Assembly: GCA_963785725.1 (NCBI GenBank)
Contig: CAWAWS010000007.1
Span: 768,001 to 832,000 of the forward strand
DNA: 64,000 bases
DNA from: an uncultured delta proteobacterium
GTDB taxonomy: Bacteria; Myxococcota_A; Polyangia; Palsa-1104
Reading direction: 5' to 3'
The notes under the pieces are model-generated. The model did no database searches. It saw only the letters and a program-made list of their open reading frames with translations, and was not told the DNA's origin. The position numbers and the translations under genes were made by a program. Shown here one piece after another: positions 1 through 11,140 of this stretch (its first letter is position 1; the number at the start of each line of letters is the position of its first letter).

Positions 1-1
1 C

Positions 2-667
2 GCCGTCGCGGCGTTGGCGTTCGTGGCCGCGCGCGGTCGGGCGGTCGCCGATCCCGACGAGCCGGCGCCGGCCGCCGGCCGCGTGCTCGCGGTCGTCGGC
101 GCGACGCTGGTCGCGCTCGCGGTCGGCATGGCGGTCGCGCCGTCGACCGTCAACGGCGCGGCGCCGTCGTTCTCGGCGGCGCTGTGGCTCGTGCCCTGCG
201 TCTTCATGCTCGGCGGCCTCGCGCTCGTCGCGCAAACGACGCGCGGCTCGGCGGCGTGGGCCATCGCCGCGGTCGCCATCATCTCGGGCGCCTTCGTCAG
301 CGATCGCTACATGCCCGACCTCGGCCCGCACTGGAGCCAAAAGCACGTCATCGCCGCCTATTACGCCAATCGCCGCGGTCCCGAAGAGCCGCTCGTCGTG
401 TGGAACCTGTATTGGCGCGGCGAGAACTTCTACAGCCGCAACGAAGTCTACGACTCGAGCCACGGCGACATTCCCTGGGCCTGGACCGAGCCCATGAAGG
501 TCGACAAGCCCAAGTTCTGGGAGCACCACAAGGGGCACCGCATCTTCTTCCTCGTCGAGCGCAACAAGCTCGAATCGATGCGCATGCAGCTGCCGCCGAC
601 CTCGCGCGTGCTCACCACCGTCGACGAGAGCAACAACAAGCTGATCCTCGTGCAAGCGCAGTTCTGA
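2..667 (+). CDS. C-terminal part of a multi-TM membrane protein, probably ArnT/GT39-like glycosyltransferase (5' end outside window)
   Basis: Frame open from the window edge. Several TM helices, then a soluble domain with WSQK...YY and LYWRGENFYS, which resembles myxobacterial GT39 C-termini. Confidence 0.45.
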   Translation, partial: AVAALAFVAARGRAVADPDEPAPAAGRVLAVVGATLVALAVGMAVAPSTVNGAAPSFSAALWLVPCVFMLGGLALVAQTTRGSAAWAIAAVAIISGAFVSDRYMPDLGPHWSQKHVIAAYYANRRGPEEPLVVWNLYWRGENFYSRNEVYDSSHGDIPWAWTEPMKVDKPKFWEHHKGHRIFFLVERNKLESMRMQLPPTSRVLTTVDESNNKLILVQAQF

Positions 668-767
668 CGCCGCAGCCGCGCCGGTCCCACGAGGCCATTC
701 GCCCGCAGCGGCGATCGTCCGACCGTCAGGATCTAGCGCTCGCCCGCCGACGTACTAAGATGCGTCC

Positions 768-1871
768 ATGCGCCACCTCGCCATCGTCCTCGCCGTCGGA
801 TTCGCGCTGCCGGCGGCGGCGCAGGAGCCGCTCTTCGAAGCGCTCGGCCAAGCCCCCATCGTCGCCGGCGATCGCGTCCGCGCCCGCGAGCGCGCCCTCG
901 ACGAAGCGCTGCGTCAGGCGGTCGAGCAAGCGACCGCCACCGTCCTCGAGCCGTCCGAGCTGGTGGCGCGCGCGTCGGACCTGAAGCTGCGCATCTATCC
1001 CAAGGCCAAGAATTACGTCACCAATTATCGCATCCTCGACGAGGGGGAGCAGCCGCCGGGCACGTTCCAGGTGCACCTCTCGGCCTCGGTCGCGACGGGC
1101 CGGCTGGCGCGCGACCTCTCGGGCGCGACCGCGAGCGCGCCGCCGGCGGCCGCGAAGAAGGCGCGCGCCGTCGTCTGCGCCACCGTCAACGGCGACGGCA
1201 GCGACGCCACGCAGGCCGCCGACAAGGCGCTGCGCGAGCTGGTCGCGTCGCGCCGCGTCGATGGCATGCCCGGCCCGCAGCCGTGCGACGCAGCCGGCGT
1301 CGCTGCCGTCGTGCGCGCGAGCGCGGCGCAAGCGGCGGTGACCGCCGAAGTCCAAGTCACGCCCGCCGGCGACATTCGCGGCACGACGCTGGCCGCCGCC
1401 AACGCGCACGCCGTCGTCAAGCTGGTCGAGCCCGATGGCCGCGTGTCGGCCTCGGGCGACGCCGAGCGCGGCGGCTACGCCAGCGCCGGCGCGCAAGCGG
1501 CGACGGCCGCCACGCGCGCCGCCGTCGTCGAAGCGGCGCGCACGATCGATCCCATCTTGGCGCAGCGCTGGTCGACCGATTCCGGGCCGTCGGGCGGCGT
1601 CGTCGTGCGCGTGACCGGCCTGTCGCGCTGGGCCGAATACGTTGCGTTGACGCGCGCGTTGGGCGCGCTGCCGGGCGTCGCCGCCGTCGAGCCGCGGCGC
1701 TTCTTGCGCGGCGAGGTCGACCTGCTCGTGCGCACGGCGTCGGCCGCGGCGCAGCTGGCCGCGCATTTGACGCGCGTGCCGCCGCCCGGCCTGCGCGTCG
1801 GCGTGCGCGCCAACGGCGACACGCTCGAGCTCGAAGTCACCGGCGGCGACGTCGTCCCCGAGCGCGGATGA
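768..1871 (+). CDS. Secreted protein with FlgT-N/DUF2066-like N-terminal domain
   Basis: Signal peptide ending PAAA-Q. EALGQAPIVAGDRVRARERALDEALRQAVEQA resembles the FlgT N-terminal domain. Confidence 0.55.
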   Translation: MRHLAIVLAVGFALPAAAQEPLFEALGQAPIVAGDRVRARERALDEALRQAVEQATATVLEPSELVARASDLKLRIYPKAKNYVTNYRILDEGEQPPGTFQVHLSASVATGRLARDLSGATASAPPAAAKKARAVVCATVNGDGSDATQAADKALRELVASRRVDGMPGPQPCDAAGVAAVVRASAAQAAVTAEVQVTPAGDIRGTTLAAANAHAVVKLVEPDGRVSASGDAERGGYASAGAQAATAATRAAVVEAARTIDPILAQRWSTDSGPSGGVVVRVTGLSRWAEYVALTRALGALPGVAAVEPRRFLRGEVDLLVRTASAAAQLAAHLTRVPPPGLRVGVRANGDTLELEVTGGDVVPERG

Positions 1872-2200
1872 TGGGCCTTACGCGCCAGCTGCGCGCGGGC
1901 TGCCTCGTCGTCGCGCTCGCCGCGGTCGGCTGCGCCACGACCGGCCGCATGCGCCCCGACGGCCACCTCGCTCTCGCCTGCAACGTCGGCGACGCCCGCG
2001 TCTACCTCGACGAGGTGTTTCTCGGCCGCGCCGCCGACCTGCGCGGCCACGTCGTCGCCGTGCGCTCCGGCAACCGCCGCATCGAGCTGCGCGCCGACGG
2101 CTGGTTCCCCGCTTACCGCGACGTCGCCGTGCCGCACGCCGGCCGCGCCGACCTCACCGTCGAGCTGCGCCCGGTGCCGCCCAACGAAGCGTCCGAATGA
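1868..2200 (+). CDS. PEGA-domain lipoprotein
   Basis: ATGA overlap with the upstream stop; lipobox-like AVGC; CNVGDARVYLDEVFLG...GNRRIELRADGW PEGA pattern. Confidence 0.7.
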   Translation: MMGLTRQLRAGCLVVALAAVGCATTGRMRPDGHLALACNVGDARVYLDEVFLGRAADLRGHVVAVRSGNRRIELRADGWFPAYRDVAVPHAGRADLTVELRPVPPNEASE

Positions 2201-2250
2201 GCGCCGCGTGAGCCGCGGCCAATGACCCGCGCCGCCGTCGCGACCATTTG

Positions 2251-2862
2251 ATGCCCGCGCCCGCCGACAAACCCGGGGCTTGGCACAACATCCCCAACGC
2301 GATGACGATCGCGCGCATCCTCCTGACGCCATTTTTCGGCTACTTCTGGTGGCGCCGTCAGTTCTCCTACGCCTTCGCCATCTTCGTCATCGCCAGCGTC
2401 AGCGACGTGCTCGACGGCCTCATCGCCGGCCTCTTGAACCAGCGCACCAAGCTCGGCGCCGTGTTGGATCCCATCGCCGACAAGGTCATGGTCGTCGTCG
2501 CCATCATCGCCGCCGCCGCCACCGGCACCGTGCCGCGCTGGCTGGCCGCGCTCGTCCTCGGCCGCGACGCCATCCTCGCCATCTCGGGCGCGCTCTTCGG
2601 CTGGGTCTTCCGCGGCATCCACGGCCCCGAAGGCTGGGCGCCGACGCGCGTCGGCAAATACGCCACGTTCTTCACGCTCGGCGCCGTCGGCGTCGGGCTC
2701 GCCTGGGAGCTCACCGGCTATGCGCCGTTGCGCGGCTTCATCGGCGCCTTGTGCATTCTCTCGGCCGTGACGACCATCGTCTCCGGCGTCCAATACGTCC
2801 TCAATGGCGCTCGGGCCGTCTTACGCGGTGCTAAGCTCGCCCGTGGAGGCGGCAGCGCATGA
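2251..2862 (+). CDS. CDP-alcohol phosphatidyltransferase (PgsA-like)
   Basis: NIPNAMTIAR and the signature DVLDGLIA...TKLGAVLDPIADK. Confidence 0.9.
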   Translation: MPAPADKPGAWHNIPNAMTIARILLTPFFGYFWWRRQFSYAFAIFVIASVSDVLDGLIAGLLNQRTKLGAVLDPIADKVMVVVAIIAAAATGTVPRWLAALVLGRDAILAISGALFGWVFRGIHGPEGWAPTRVGKYATFFTLGAVGVGLAWELTGYAPLRGFIGALCILSAVTTIVSGVQYVLNGARAVLRGAKLARGGGSA

Positions 2863-3644
2863 GCGACGTCCACATCACCGACGACGACGGCGTGCGCTTC
2901 ATCGCGCTCGACCGCCCCGAGTCGAAGAACGGCCTCACCGACAGCGTCAACGCGCGCATCATCGAGGCGCTCGAAGCATCGGCCGCGCGCCGCGACATTC
3001 GCTGCGTGGTCATCACCGGCAAAGGCGGCAACTTCTGCTCCGGCCTCGACTTGAAGGCGCTGGCCGCCGGCGGCATGGGCACGCTCGACAGCGCCGAAGA
3101 GCACCTGCAGAAATATTTCCACGGCCTGATTCGCGCCGTCCGCAGCCTGGCCAAGCCGGTCATCGCGCTCGTCGATGGCGCCGCGGTCGGCTACGGCTGC
3201 GACTTGGCGCTCGCCTGCGACATCCGCATCGGCACCGAGCGCACCCGCTTCGGCGAGGTCTTCGTCAAGCGCGGCCTCATGCCCGACGGCGGCGGCACCT
3301 GGTCGCTGCCGCGCCTCGTCGGCGTCGGCAAGGCGCTCGAGCTCATGTTCACCGGCGATCTCGTCAACGCCGCCGACTGCGAGCGGCTCGGCCTCGTCAA
3401 CCGCGTCGTCGCCTCTGCCGAAGCCGAGCAGCAGACCTGGGAATTGGCCAAGCGCATCGCCGCCGGCCCGCCGCTCGTGCACGCCTTCATCAAGCGCGCC
3501 GTCTACGACGCGCAGTCGAGCAGCCTCGACGAAGCCTTGAACGTCGAAGCGCGCGGCCAAGTGCAGCTCCTGCACTCGAAGGACTTCTTGGAAGGCATCT
3601 CCGCCTTCTTCCAGAAGCGCCTACCCAATTTCACCGGCGAATAA
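2859..3644 (+). CDS. Enoyl-CoA hydratase/isomerase family protein
   Basis: FCSGLDL, KPVIALVDGAAVGYG, LACDIR, GLMPDGG; ATGA overlap with the upstream gene. Confidence 0.92.
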   Translation: MSDVHITDDDGVRFIALDRPESKNGLTDSVNARIIEALEASAARRDIRCVVITGKGGNFCSGLDLKALAAGGMGTLDSAEEHLQKYFHGLIRAVRSLAKPVIALVDGAAVGYGCDLALACDIRIGTERTRFGEVFVKRGLMPDGGGTWSLPRLVGVGKALELMFTGDLVNAADCERLGLVNRVVASAEAEQQTWELAKRIAAGPPLVHAFIKRAVYDAQSSSLDEALNVEARGQVQLLHSKDFLEGISAFFQKRLPNFTGE

Positions 3645-3712
3645 GCGCAAAACGCCATTCGAACGGCGCGAAACGAATCGATTACGCTGATTATGCGAAT
3701 CGTGAAACGCGA

Positions 3713-4204
3713 TTAGTTACAGGCGTTCGAGAAATCGTTACTGAACCATAGCCCGGCCTTCGACGTGACGATGAGGCCGACGCCGACGCGCGTGAACTTG
3801 TCGTTCATGATGTTCTGATAGTGGCCGCCGGTCGGTCCCTCGCCGAACATGTCGGCCAGGATGGCGTCGATGGTCGCGTCCTCGTCGCCGTTGTTGATGG
3901 GCCAATTGGGCGCCTGATTCTCGCCCGCGCCGCTGCAGAATCCTTCGCTCCACAGCTTCGAACCTTGCGCGCCGAAGTAGGCGTGGGCCGTGCCGCTCGC
4001 TTCGTACGCGGCGACGGCGTCGGCCGAGAACGTCATGAGCTGATCGTCGAGCGTCAGCGCGGCGATGCCGTTTTGCGCGCGATACATGTTGAGCGTCGCC
4101 AGGTTGTGCTGCGCGTGCGAATCGGTCGTCGACAGCGCCTTGCCGCTGTTTCCGCCGCAGCCGATCACGCTCGTCGCGCATAAGGCAAAGACGAGATAAC
4201 GCAT
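3713..4204 (-). CDS. CAP/SCP-domain lipoprotein
   Basis: Lipobox VIGC; LNMYRAQNG, GENQA, GHYQNIMNDKFTRVGVG. Confidence 0.85.
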   Translation of the reverse strand: MRYLVFALCATSVIGCGGNSGKALSTTDSHAQHNLATLNMYRAQNGIAALTLDDQLMTFSADAVAAYEASGTAHAYFGAQGSKLWSEGFCSGAGENQAPNWPINNGDEDATIDAILADMFGEGPTGGHYQNIMNDKFTRVGVGLIVTSKAGLWFSNDFSNACN

Positions 4205-4221
4205 ATTCGAATGATATCAGA

Positions 4222-5658
4222 TCAGGCGAGCGGCAGTGTTTCGCAGAACTCGATGCGACGTGGGACTTTGTAAGGCGCGAGATTACGCGCGCAGTGATCG
4301 ATGAGCTCCTCGGCGCCGCATTTGCCCATGACGACGACGCTGGCGACGACCATCTGGCCGGCGAGCGGATCCATGATCACCCGCACCTGCGCCTGCTGCA
4401 CCTTGGCGAACGACTCGAGGCAGTCCTGCACCTCGCCGAGCGCGACGCGTTTGCCGTCGAGCTTGACCAGCTGATCTTCGCGGCCGGCCAGATAGATGCG
4501 CCCGGTCTTGTCGAGGTGCCCGATGTCGCCGGTGCGCAGCCAGCCTTTGTCGTCGACGCCGCCGACGGGCACGCCGGCGCGTGCGCGCGCCATCGGCACC
4601 GACTTCTGCGCCACCGACTTCGACTTGATCCAAATGGGGCCGTCGTCGCCGACCGCGATCTTGCCGTCGCCGATGCGCAGGTCGACGCCTTCGATGACCT
4701 TGCCGACGGAGCCGGGCCGCGGCTCCTTCTTGTCGCAGGCGATCGTCGACGTCTCGGTCGTGTGATAGACGGGCACGATGCGGATGCCCCAGCGCGCCTT
4801 GAACGCCTCGGTCACCGCTTCCGACAGCGCTGACCCGGCCGACAAATAGCGCGGCTTCTTGACCTTGAGCGGCTTGGCCGTCGGCAGCTTCGCCAATCCC
4901 GCGTACAAACCGGGCGTCCCCGGCAGCACGTTGATCTCTTGCTCGCGCAAGAGCTTGACGATGCGCTTGGGCGCCACTTCGTCTTCGAGATAGAGCGTCG
5001 CACCGAAGCGCAGCGCCATCGCCAGCCCGCAATCGAAGCCGTAGCTGTGAAACAGCGGCACCGTCGTCAGGATGCGATCGTCCGACGTCACTTCCAGCGC
5101 GCGCGCCGTCTGCACCGCGGCCGCTTCCAAGTTCTCGTCGGTGCGCAGGACGCCTTTGGGCGTGCCCGTCGAGTCGTTGGTGTACAAAACGACCGCCGCG
5201 TCCGCCGCCGTTCCCGCCGACTTCTTGTAGATCGAGCAGGTGAGCAGCGTGCCTTGCAAGCGCCGCCGGCTCTCCAAATTCTCCAGCCGTCCCGTCGACG
5301 ACGGCGGCGCCTGCTGCTGCGTCTCGACGCCACCGCGCGGCCGCGTGATCAGCGCGCGCAAGGGCGCCGTGTCCATGATGATGCCGAGATCGCGCTGTCC
5401 CGTCGTCGGATCGAGCGGCACGACCGTCGCGCCCACTTTGGCGAGCGCCAGCGCCAAAATGGCGAAGTCGGGCACGTTGCCGAGCATGAGGCCGACCCAA
5501 TCGCCCTTGCGAATGCCCATCGCCGCGAACTCTTGGACGCGCCGATCCACGCGGTGAGAAAGCCCGCGCCACGATAGGTACGTGTCGCGATAGACGAGCG
5601 CTTTGGCGCTGCCTTGGGCGCGGGTCGCTTCCGTGAGCCACTTATACAGCAAAGTCAT
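4222..5658 (-). CDS. Class I adenylate-forming (AMP-binding) family protein with degenerate catalytic motifs
   Basis: GIRKGDWVGLML, YTNDSTGTPKG, PLFHSYG, WLRTGDIG, GREDQLVK, LAPYKVPR. Confidence 0.85.
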   Translation of the reverse strand: MTLLYKWLTEATRAQGSAKALVYRDTYLSWRGLSHRVDRRVQEFAAMGIRKGDWVGLMLGNVPDFAILALALAKVGATVVPLDPTTGQRDLGIIMDTAPLRALITRPRGGVETQQQAPPSSTGRLENLESRRRLQGTLLTCSIYKKSAGTAADAAVVLYTNDSTGTPKGVLRTDENLEAAAVQTARALEVTSDDRILTTVPLFHSYGFDCGLAMALRFGATLYLEDEVAPKRIVKLLREQEINVLPGTPGLYAGLAKLPTAKPLKVKKPRYLSAGSALSEAVTEAFKARWGIRIVPVYHTTETSTIACDKKEPRPGSVGKVIEGVDLRIGDGKIAVGDDGPIWIKSKSVAQKSVPMARARAGVPVGGVDDKGWLRTGDIGHLDKTGRIYLAGREDQLVKLDGKRVALGEVQDCLESFAKVQQAQVRVIMDPLAGQMVVASVVVMGKCGAEELIDHCARNLAPYKVPRRIEFCETLPLA

Positions 5659-5698
5659 CCTCTTCCGACGGGCCGTAGCTTACGGTATGAAGCGGTGT

Positions 5699-7510
5699 AT
5701 GCGCAAGGCCCGCGCCGTCGTCGCTCTCTTCGCGATCGCTCACGTTGTCGCGTGCAGCGAGCGCCCAGCGTCTCCAAATGGCGCTGCCAACGCGGCCAAT
5801 GGCAGCGCCAATGTTTCGTCGGGCGCGACCGCGCAGCCGCCGAAGTTGTCGCCCAACGAGCTCGTCGACGAGCTGGTTCGCCAAGATCTCGATGCCGAGC
5901 TGTTCAACGCGCCCATCACGGCGACGTGGCTCGGCGTGCACAACTACGACGATCGCGTCGACGACGTGCGCCCCGAGAGCCAAGCGCACGAGGCGACGCG
6001 CCTGCGCATGCTGCTCGAGCGGCTGCGCGGCATCGATCCGAGCGCGCTCGACGTCGGTCACGCCTTCGATCGCATGCTGCTCATGCATCGCGCCGACACC
6101 GCGCTGTTCACGATGACCGATCTGAAGCCGCTCGAGCGCAATCCGCTCGTCTATGTCGACCTGGCGCAGTCGGCCATCTACGAGCTCATCACCGACGATT
6201 TCCTGCCGCCGCTCGATCGCCTGCGCAACATCAACGCGCGCTTGTGGAAGCTGCGTCCGCTGCTCGACGACGCGCGCCGCAATCTGCGCGCCACCGCCTC
6301 CGACTTGGCCATTCGCCGCGCCGTCGACGAAGCGCAGTCGGCCAAGAGCTTCATCGCCGAGACGCTGCCGCGCGCGCTGCAGAACGTGCCCGATCCGAAG
6401 GCCAAGCTGACCGAGGAGCTGCGCGCGGCCAGCGGCGACGCCTCGCGCGCGCTCGACGACTTTGCCGGCTGGCTGCAGCACGATCTCCTGCCGCGCGCGC
6501 ACGGCGAGCCGGCGCTCGGTCGCGATCGGCTGCTCGAGCTCTTGCGCCGCTCGGAGGCGATCGACGCCACGCCCGAGCAGCTCGTGGCCATCGGCGAGCG
6601 CGAGCTCAAGGACGCGCGCCATCGCTACGATGACGCGGCGCGGGCGCTGGCCGGCAGCCGCGCGGCGCAGCTCGACGTCGGCAAGGCGCTCGAAGACGAT
6701 CACGGCAAGCCCGAAGATCTGTTGGCGTCGGCGCAGCAGCAGCTGGACGCGGCGATCGCCTTCGTGCGAAGTCAACGGCTGTTTACTTTGCCCGATCCCG
6801 ATCGGCCCAAAGTGAGCGAGATGCCGCCGGTGCTGTGGGGCTACATGCAGCTGCAGATGGCCGGCCCGCTCGAGCAGAAATCGCGCGACGCCAGCTTGTT
6901 CGTCGACCCGGTGCCGCCGGACAAGAGCTGGACCGACAAGCGCAAGCCGCAAGATCAGCTGCGCTTCTTCAATCGGCCGGTGATGATTCGCACGATGCTG
7001 CACGACGCGATCGGCCATTACGTCGAGGCCGAGCTCGACCGGCACGCGCCGACGACGATGCAGAAGATCGCGCTGTCGCCGCTGTTCGTCGAAGGGTGGG
7101 CCGGCTACGTCGAGGAGATGATGCTCGCCGAGGGCTTCTTGCCCGGCGACGCCAAGGTGCGCTTGGCGGTGGCACGGGCGACGATGTTGCGCGCGGCGCG
7201 GCTCGTCGCCGCCGTTCGGCTGCACGCGCTCGGCGCCAAGCTCGACGACGTCGCCAAGGTCTTCACCGACGAAGCCGGCCTCGACGATTACCAGGCGCGC
7301 CGCGAGGCCGAGCGCGTCGCCACCGACCCGCTCATGCTCGCCGACGCGCTCGGCCGCGTCGTCATCATCAAGCTGCGCGACGACTGGCGCGCCGCGCATC
7401 CGGGCGCCAGCCTGGGCGCCTTCCACGACGCGTTCTTGCGCCACGGCACGCCGGCGCCGGCGCTCCTGCGCCGCCTACTGCTGCCGACCGATACCGGAAG
7501 CCCGATTTAG
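5699..7510 (+). CDS. DUF885 family lipoprotein
   Basis: Lipobox-like VVAC; PITATWLGVHNYDD, HDAIGH, FVEGWAGYVE, FHDAFLRHG. Confidence 0.8.
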   Translation: MRKARAVVALFAIAHVVACSERPASPNGAANAANGSANVSSGATAQPPKLSPNELVDELVRQDLDAELFNAPITATWLGVHNYDDRVDDVRPESQAHEATRLRMLLERLRGIDPSALDVGHAFDRMLLMHRADTALFTMTDLKPLERNPLVYVDLAQSAIYELITDDFLPPLDRLRNINARLWKLRPLLDDARRNLRATASDLAIRRAVDEAQSAKSFIAETLPRALQNVPDPKAKLTEELRAASGDASRALDDFAGWLQHDLLPRAHGEPALGRDRLLELLRRSEAIDATPEQLVAIGERELKDARHRYDDAARALAGSRAAQLDVGKALEDDHGKPEDLLASAQQQLDAAIAFVRSQRLFTLPDPDRPKVSEMPPVLWGYMQLQMAGPLEQKSRDASLFVDPVPPDKSWTDKRKPQDQLRFFNRPVMIRTMLHDAIGHYVEAELDRHAPTTMQKIALSPLFVEGWAGYVEEMMLAEGFLPGDAKVRLAVARATMLRAARLVAAVRLHALGAKLDDVAKVFTDEAGLDDYQARREAERVATDPLMLADALGRVVIIKLRDDWRAAHPGASLGAFHDAFLRHGTPAPALLRRLLLPTDTGSPI

Positions 7511-8062
7511 CGCGCGCTTCGTCTTCGGCGAATCCTGACGGTTTTCACCGCTCGCCAGATAGTCGCGGAGCGCTTCGAACCACACGAGCTTCTGCTGAAA
7601 GCCGGGAAAGCTGGCGTTGAGCCCGCTCGGGTTGGGCACGACGAACAGGCGCGCGCCGCCGAACGTCTGCGGCTTCGCTCCCGCGCCCGGCGTCGCCGCG
7701 CGCCCGAAGATTTGCTGGTAGATCGTCAAGCCGACGAGCACGACGACGCGCGGCCGCAGCCGGCGCACGCGCCGCTCGAGGTCGCGCGCGCCCGCCGCCA
7801 GCTCGGCGCGCGTCAGCTCGGCCGCGCTGCGCGACGGCCGCGAACAAATGTTCGTAATGCCGAAGCCGAAGTCGATGAGGCGCCGCTCCTCGGCGAACGT
7901 CAGTGGCTCGCCGATCAGCTTCGCCGCATATAACAGGCGCCAGAACGGATTGCCTTTGCCGGCGAAGTTGTGGCCGAGCGCGGCCGAGCGCAGCCCCGGG
8001 TTGATGCCGACAAACAGCGCGTGCAAGTCGGGCGCGACGATGTCGCGAATCTGCGGCGGCAT
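7475..8062 (-). CDS. mug: G/U mismatch-specific uracil/thymine DNA glycosylase
   Basis: LFVGINPG, GNPFW, GITN, VPNPSGLNA. Confidence 0.9.
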   Translation of the reverse strand: MPPQIRDIVAPDLHALFVGINPGLRSAALGHNFAGKGNPFWRLLYAAKLIGEPLTFAEERRLIDFGFGITNICSRPSRSAAELTRAELAAGARDLERRVRRLRPRVVVLVGLTIYQQIFGRAATPGAGAKPQTFGGARLFVVPNPSGLNASFPGFQQKLVWFEALRDYLASGENRQDSPKTKRALNRASGIGRQQ

Positions 8063-8151
8063 GGCGCGGCCGAGCGTAGCAGGACTTTCGTCCGACGCCG
8101 CTCATGCCGTTTCGATTGTGAGGATGAACGAATCGTTACGACCGCCGAGAA

Positions 8152-9450
8152 TTAGCGGCGCGCCAAGTGCGCGTTGCTCTCGCCGTCGAAGTAGCTGGTC
8201 AAGAGCTCGCGCGCCACTTGATGCGCCTTGACGCTCCAATCGGGCCCATTGCCGAGCAGCACCGCGACCGCGACCTCCGGCTTCTCCGCCGGCGCGAAGC
8301 CGACGAACCACGAGTAGGCCAGATACGACGGGCTCTTGCGATCGAGCGACCCCGTCTTGCCCGCGACCGCGACGCCCGGCAGCAGCGGCCGGCCGGTGCG
8401 CTTGTCGTGAAAGCCGAGCCGCGCCGTGCCGAACTCGGTCGTGCCCACCATCATGCGTCCGACGGCGCGCGCGGCCGCCTCCGAGACGACGCGCCGCTCG
8501 GGCGCGCCCGCCGCGCGCTCGACGTTGCCCGCGCGATCGACGTAGCGGTCGACCAAGCGCATCGGCGGCGTCACGCCACCGCGCGCCATCGTCGCCGCCA
8601 GCCACGCGCCGTGCAGCGGCGACAACGTCGTGTTCCAAAAGCCGGCCGCGACGCGCGCAAACGGCAGCCCGCTCGCCGGCACCGACGCCGTCGACGCTTC
8701 CGTCGGCAGCGCGAACGGCAAGGCCGCGCCGAAGCCGAGCGCGCGCGCCGTCCGCTCGAGGATTCCCGCGTTCAAGTGATCGTGCGCCAGCCGCGCGATG
8801 ATCGCGTTCTGCGACTTGGCCAGGCCATACGCCAGCGTCTGGCACTGCCCGTCGAGCCGCGCGTTCGCGCGCAGGTTCGACTCTTCCACCGAGTGCACGC
8901 CGTCGTGGTAGCAGACGCGCGTCGACGGGCTCACGCCGTGCTCGACCAGCGCGGTCGTCGTCACGATCTTGAACACCGACGCCGCCGGTGCCCACGGCGT
9001 CGTCGCCAGCTCGGCTGCGCTCTTGTTCGGCTCGGCCGTCGAGTGGCCGGCCATCGCCAGGACGCGGCCGTCGTCGACCGACATGACGACTGCCGCCGCG
9101 TACGGCGCGTGATGCGACGTGAGCAGCCGCTGCACCCGCTCCTGCAACGCCGGATCGATCGTGAGCTCCGCGCGTCCGCCATCGCTCATGCGCTCGACGT
9201 AGCCGCTCTCTTCTTGCTGCACGCGCGACCACGTGATGTGGCGCAGCTCGTCGTGCTCGTGCGACTTACCGAACAGGCGCTCTGCCTTGCTCAGCCGCGA
9301 CTGCCCGCCGGCTGCGATGCCGGCGATGAGCGCCGGCGGCGCGGCCTCGGCGAGCCGATCGCGCAGCGGCCGCGTGAACATCAACGCCACCAGCGTCAAG
9401 AGGCAGAGGACCGTGGTCAGATGGCGGCGGACCTTCAATTGGCGAATCAT
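8152..9450 (-). CDS. Penicillin-binding protein, transpeptidase domain only
   Basis: N-terminal TM; SxxK (ASVFK), SxN (SQN) and KTG (GKTGS); no transglycosylase domain. Confidence 0.88.
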   Translation of the reverse strand: MIRQLKVRRHLTTVLCLLTLVALMFTRPLRDRLAEAAPPALIAGIAAGGQSRLSKAERLFGKSHEHDELRHITWSRVQQEESGYVERMSDGGRAELTIDPALQERVQRLLTSHHAPYAAAVVMSVDDGRVLAMAGHSTAEPNKSAAELATTPWAPAASVFKIVTTTALVEHGVSPSTRVCYHDGVHSVEESNLRANARLDGQCQTLAYGLAKSQNAIIARLAHDHLNAGILERTARALGFGAALPFALPTEASTASVPASGLPFARVAAGFWNTTLSPLHGAWLAATMARGGVTPPMRLVDRYVDRAGNVERAAGAPERRVVSEAAARAVGRMMVGTTEFGTARLGFHDKRTGRPLLPGVAVAGKTGSLDRKSPSYLAYSWFVGFAPAEKPEVAVAVLLGNGPDWSVKAHQVARELLTSYFDGESNAHLARR

Positions 9451-9571
9451 TACGGCCTCTTAATGCAGTGTGTAGTCCATGGTAGGAGATGTAGGTGAAG
9501 AGCGCAAATTTTTGCGTTGTTCATGACGCGATCGCCCGATCGCAGGAATTGCGCGGTATGATGGTTGACCC

Positions 9572-10453
<882 letters not shown>

Positions 10454-10510
10454 CCGCGCGCAAGCACGGTGAAGATCGATTGACCGCCGGCGGCGATGGC
10501 CGGCGGCTGA

Positions 10511-11044
10511 CTATCGTCTGCCGCCGGGAATGACGGTGAACGCGCGTCGCATCCGTTCACGGCGCAGCGGCTCGAGGCCGGCTTTGAGCAGCGACGACTC
10601 GGGGCAGCGCTTCAGGCCCGCTTCGAACGTGGCCATCGCCTCTTCGGCGCGATCGAGCGCGTCGAGAATCGCGGCTTTCTCGTAATACAGGTCTTCGAGC
10701 AGCCAATCGTCCTCGGCGCCCATGTGGCGGAACGCGCGCTCGACCGCCTTCAGCGCCTCGGCATAACGCTCGAGATCGGCGAGCACGGCGGCGCGAACGT
10801 AATGCGCCTCGGCCGATCGCGGCATGCGCTTGACCGCCATCTCGGCCGCCGCCAGCGCCGCCGGATCATCGTCCAGCGACGACAAGATCTGCGACTTCAG
10901 GATCCACGCCTCGGGCTCGAGCGGCCGGCAACGGAGCGCGCGGTTGACGTGCTCGTTCGCCTCCCAGAGATCGCCCGCGCCCTCGTAACCTCCGAGAAGG
11001 GCGCGCGCCATCTCCATGCAATCGTCGAACTCGTCGTGCCGCAT
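10511..11044 (-). CDS. TPR repeat protein
   Basis: Repeated TPR-like helices (PEAWILKSQIL, AEAHYVRAAVL, LYYEKAAIL). Confidence 0.75.
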   Translation of the reverse strand: MRHDEFDDCMEMARALLGGYEGAGDLWEANEHVNRALRCRPLEPEAWILKSQILSSLDDDPAALAAAEMAVKRMPRSAEAHYVRAAVLADLERYAEALKAVERAFRHMGAEDDWLLEDLYYEKAAILDALDRAEEAMATFEAGLKRCPESSLLKAGLEPLRRERMRRAFTVIPGGRR

Positions 11045-11140
11045 ACCCTCGGAAGCGTACCACTCGTGTTATCACTGCACCAGATGAGTTACGGCGGCGC
11101 GCCGCGCGAATACGCGACGTGACGCATGCACGGAACGCAC

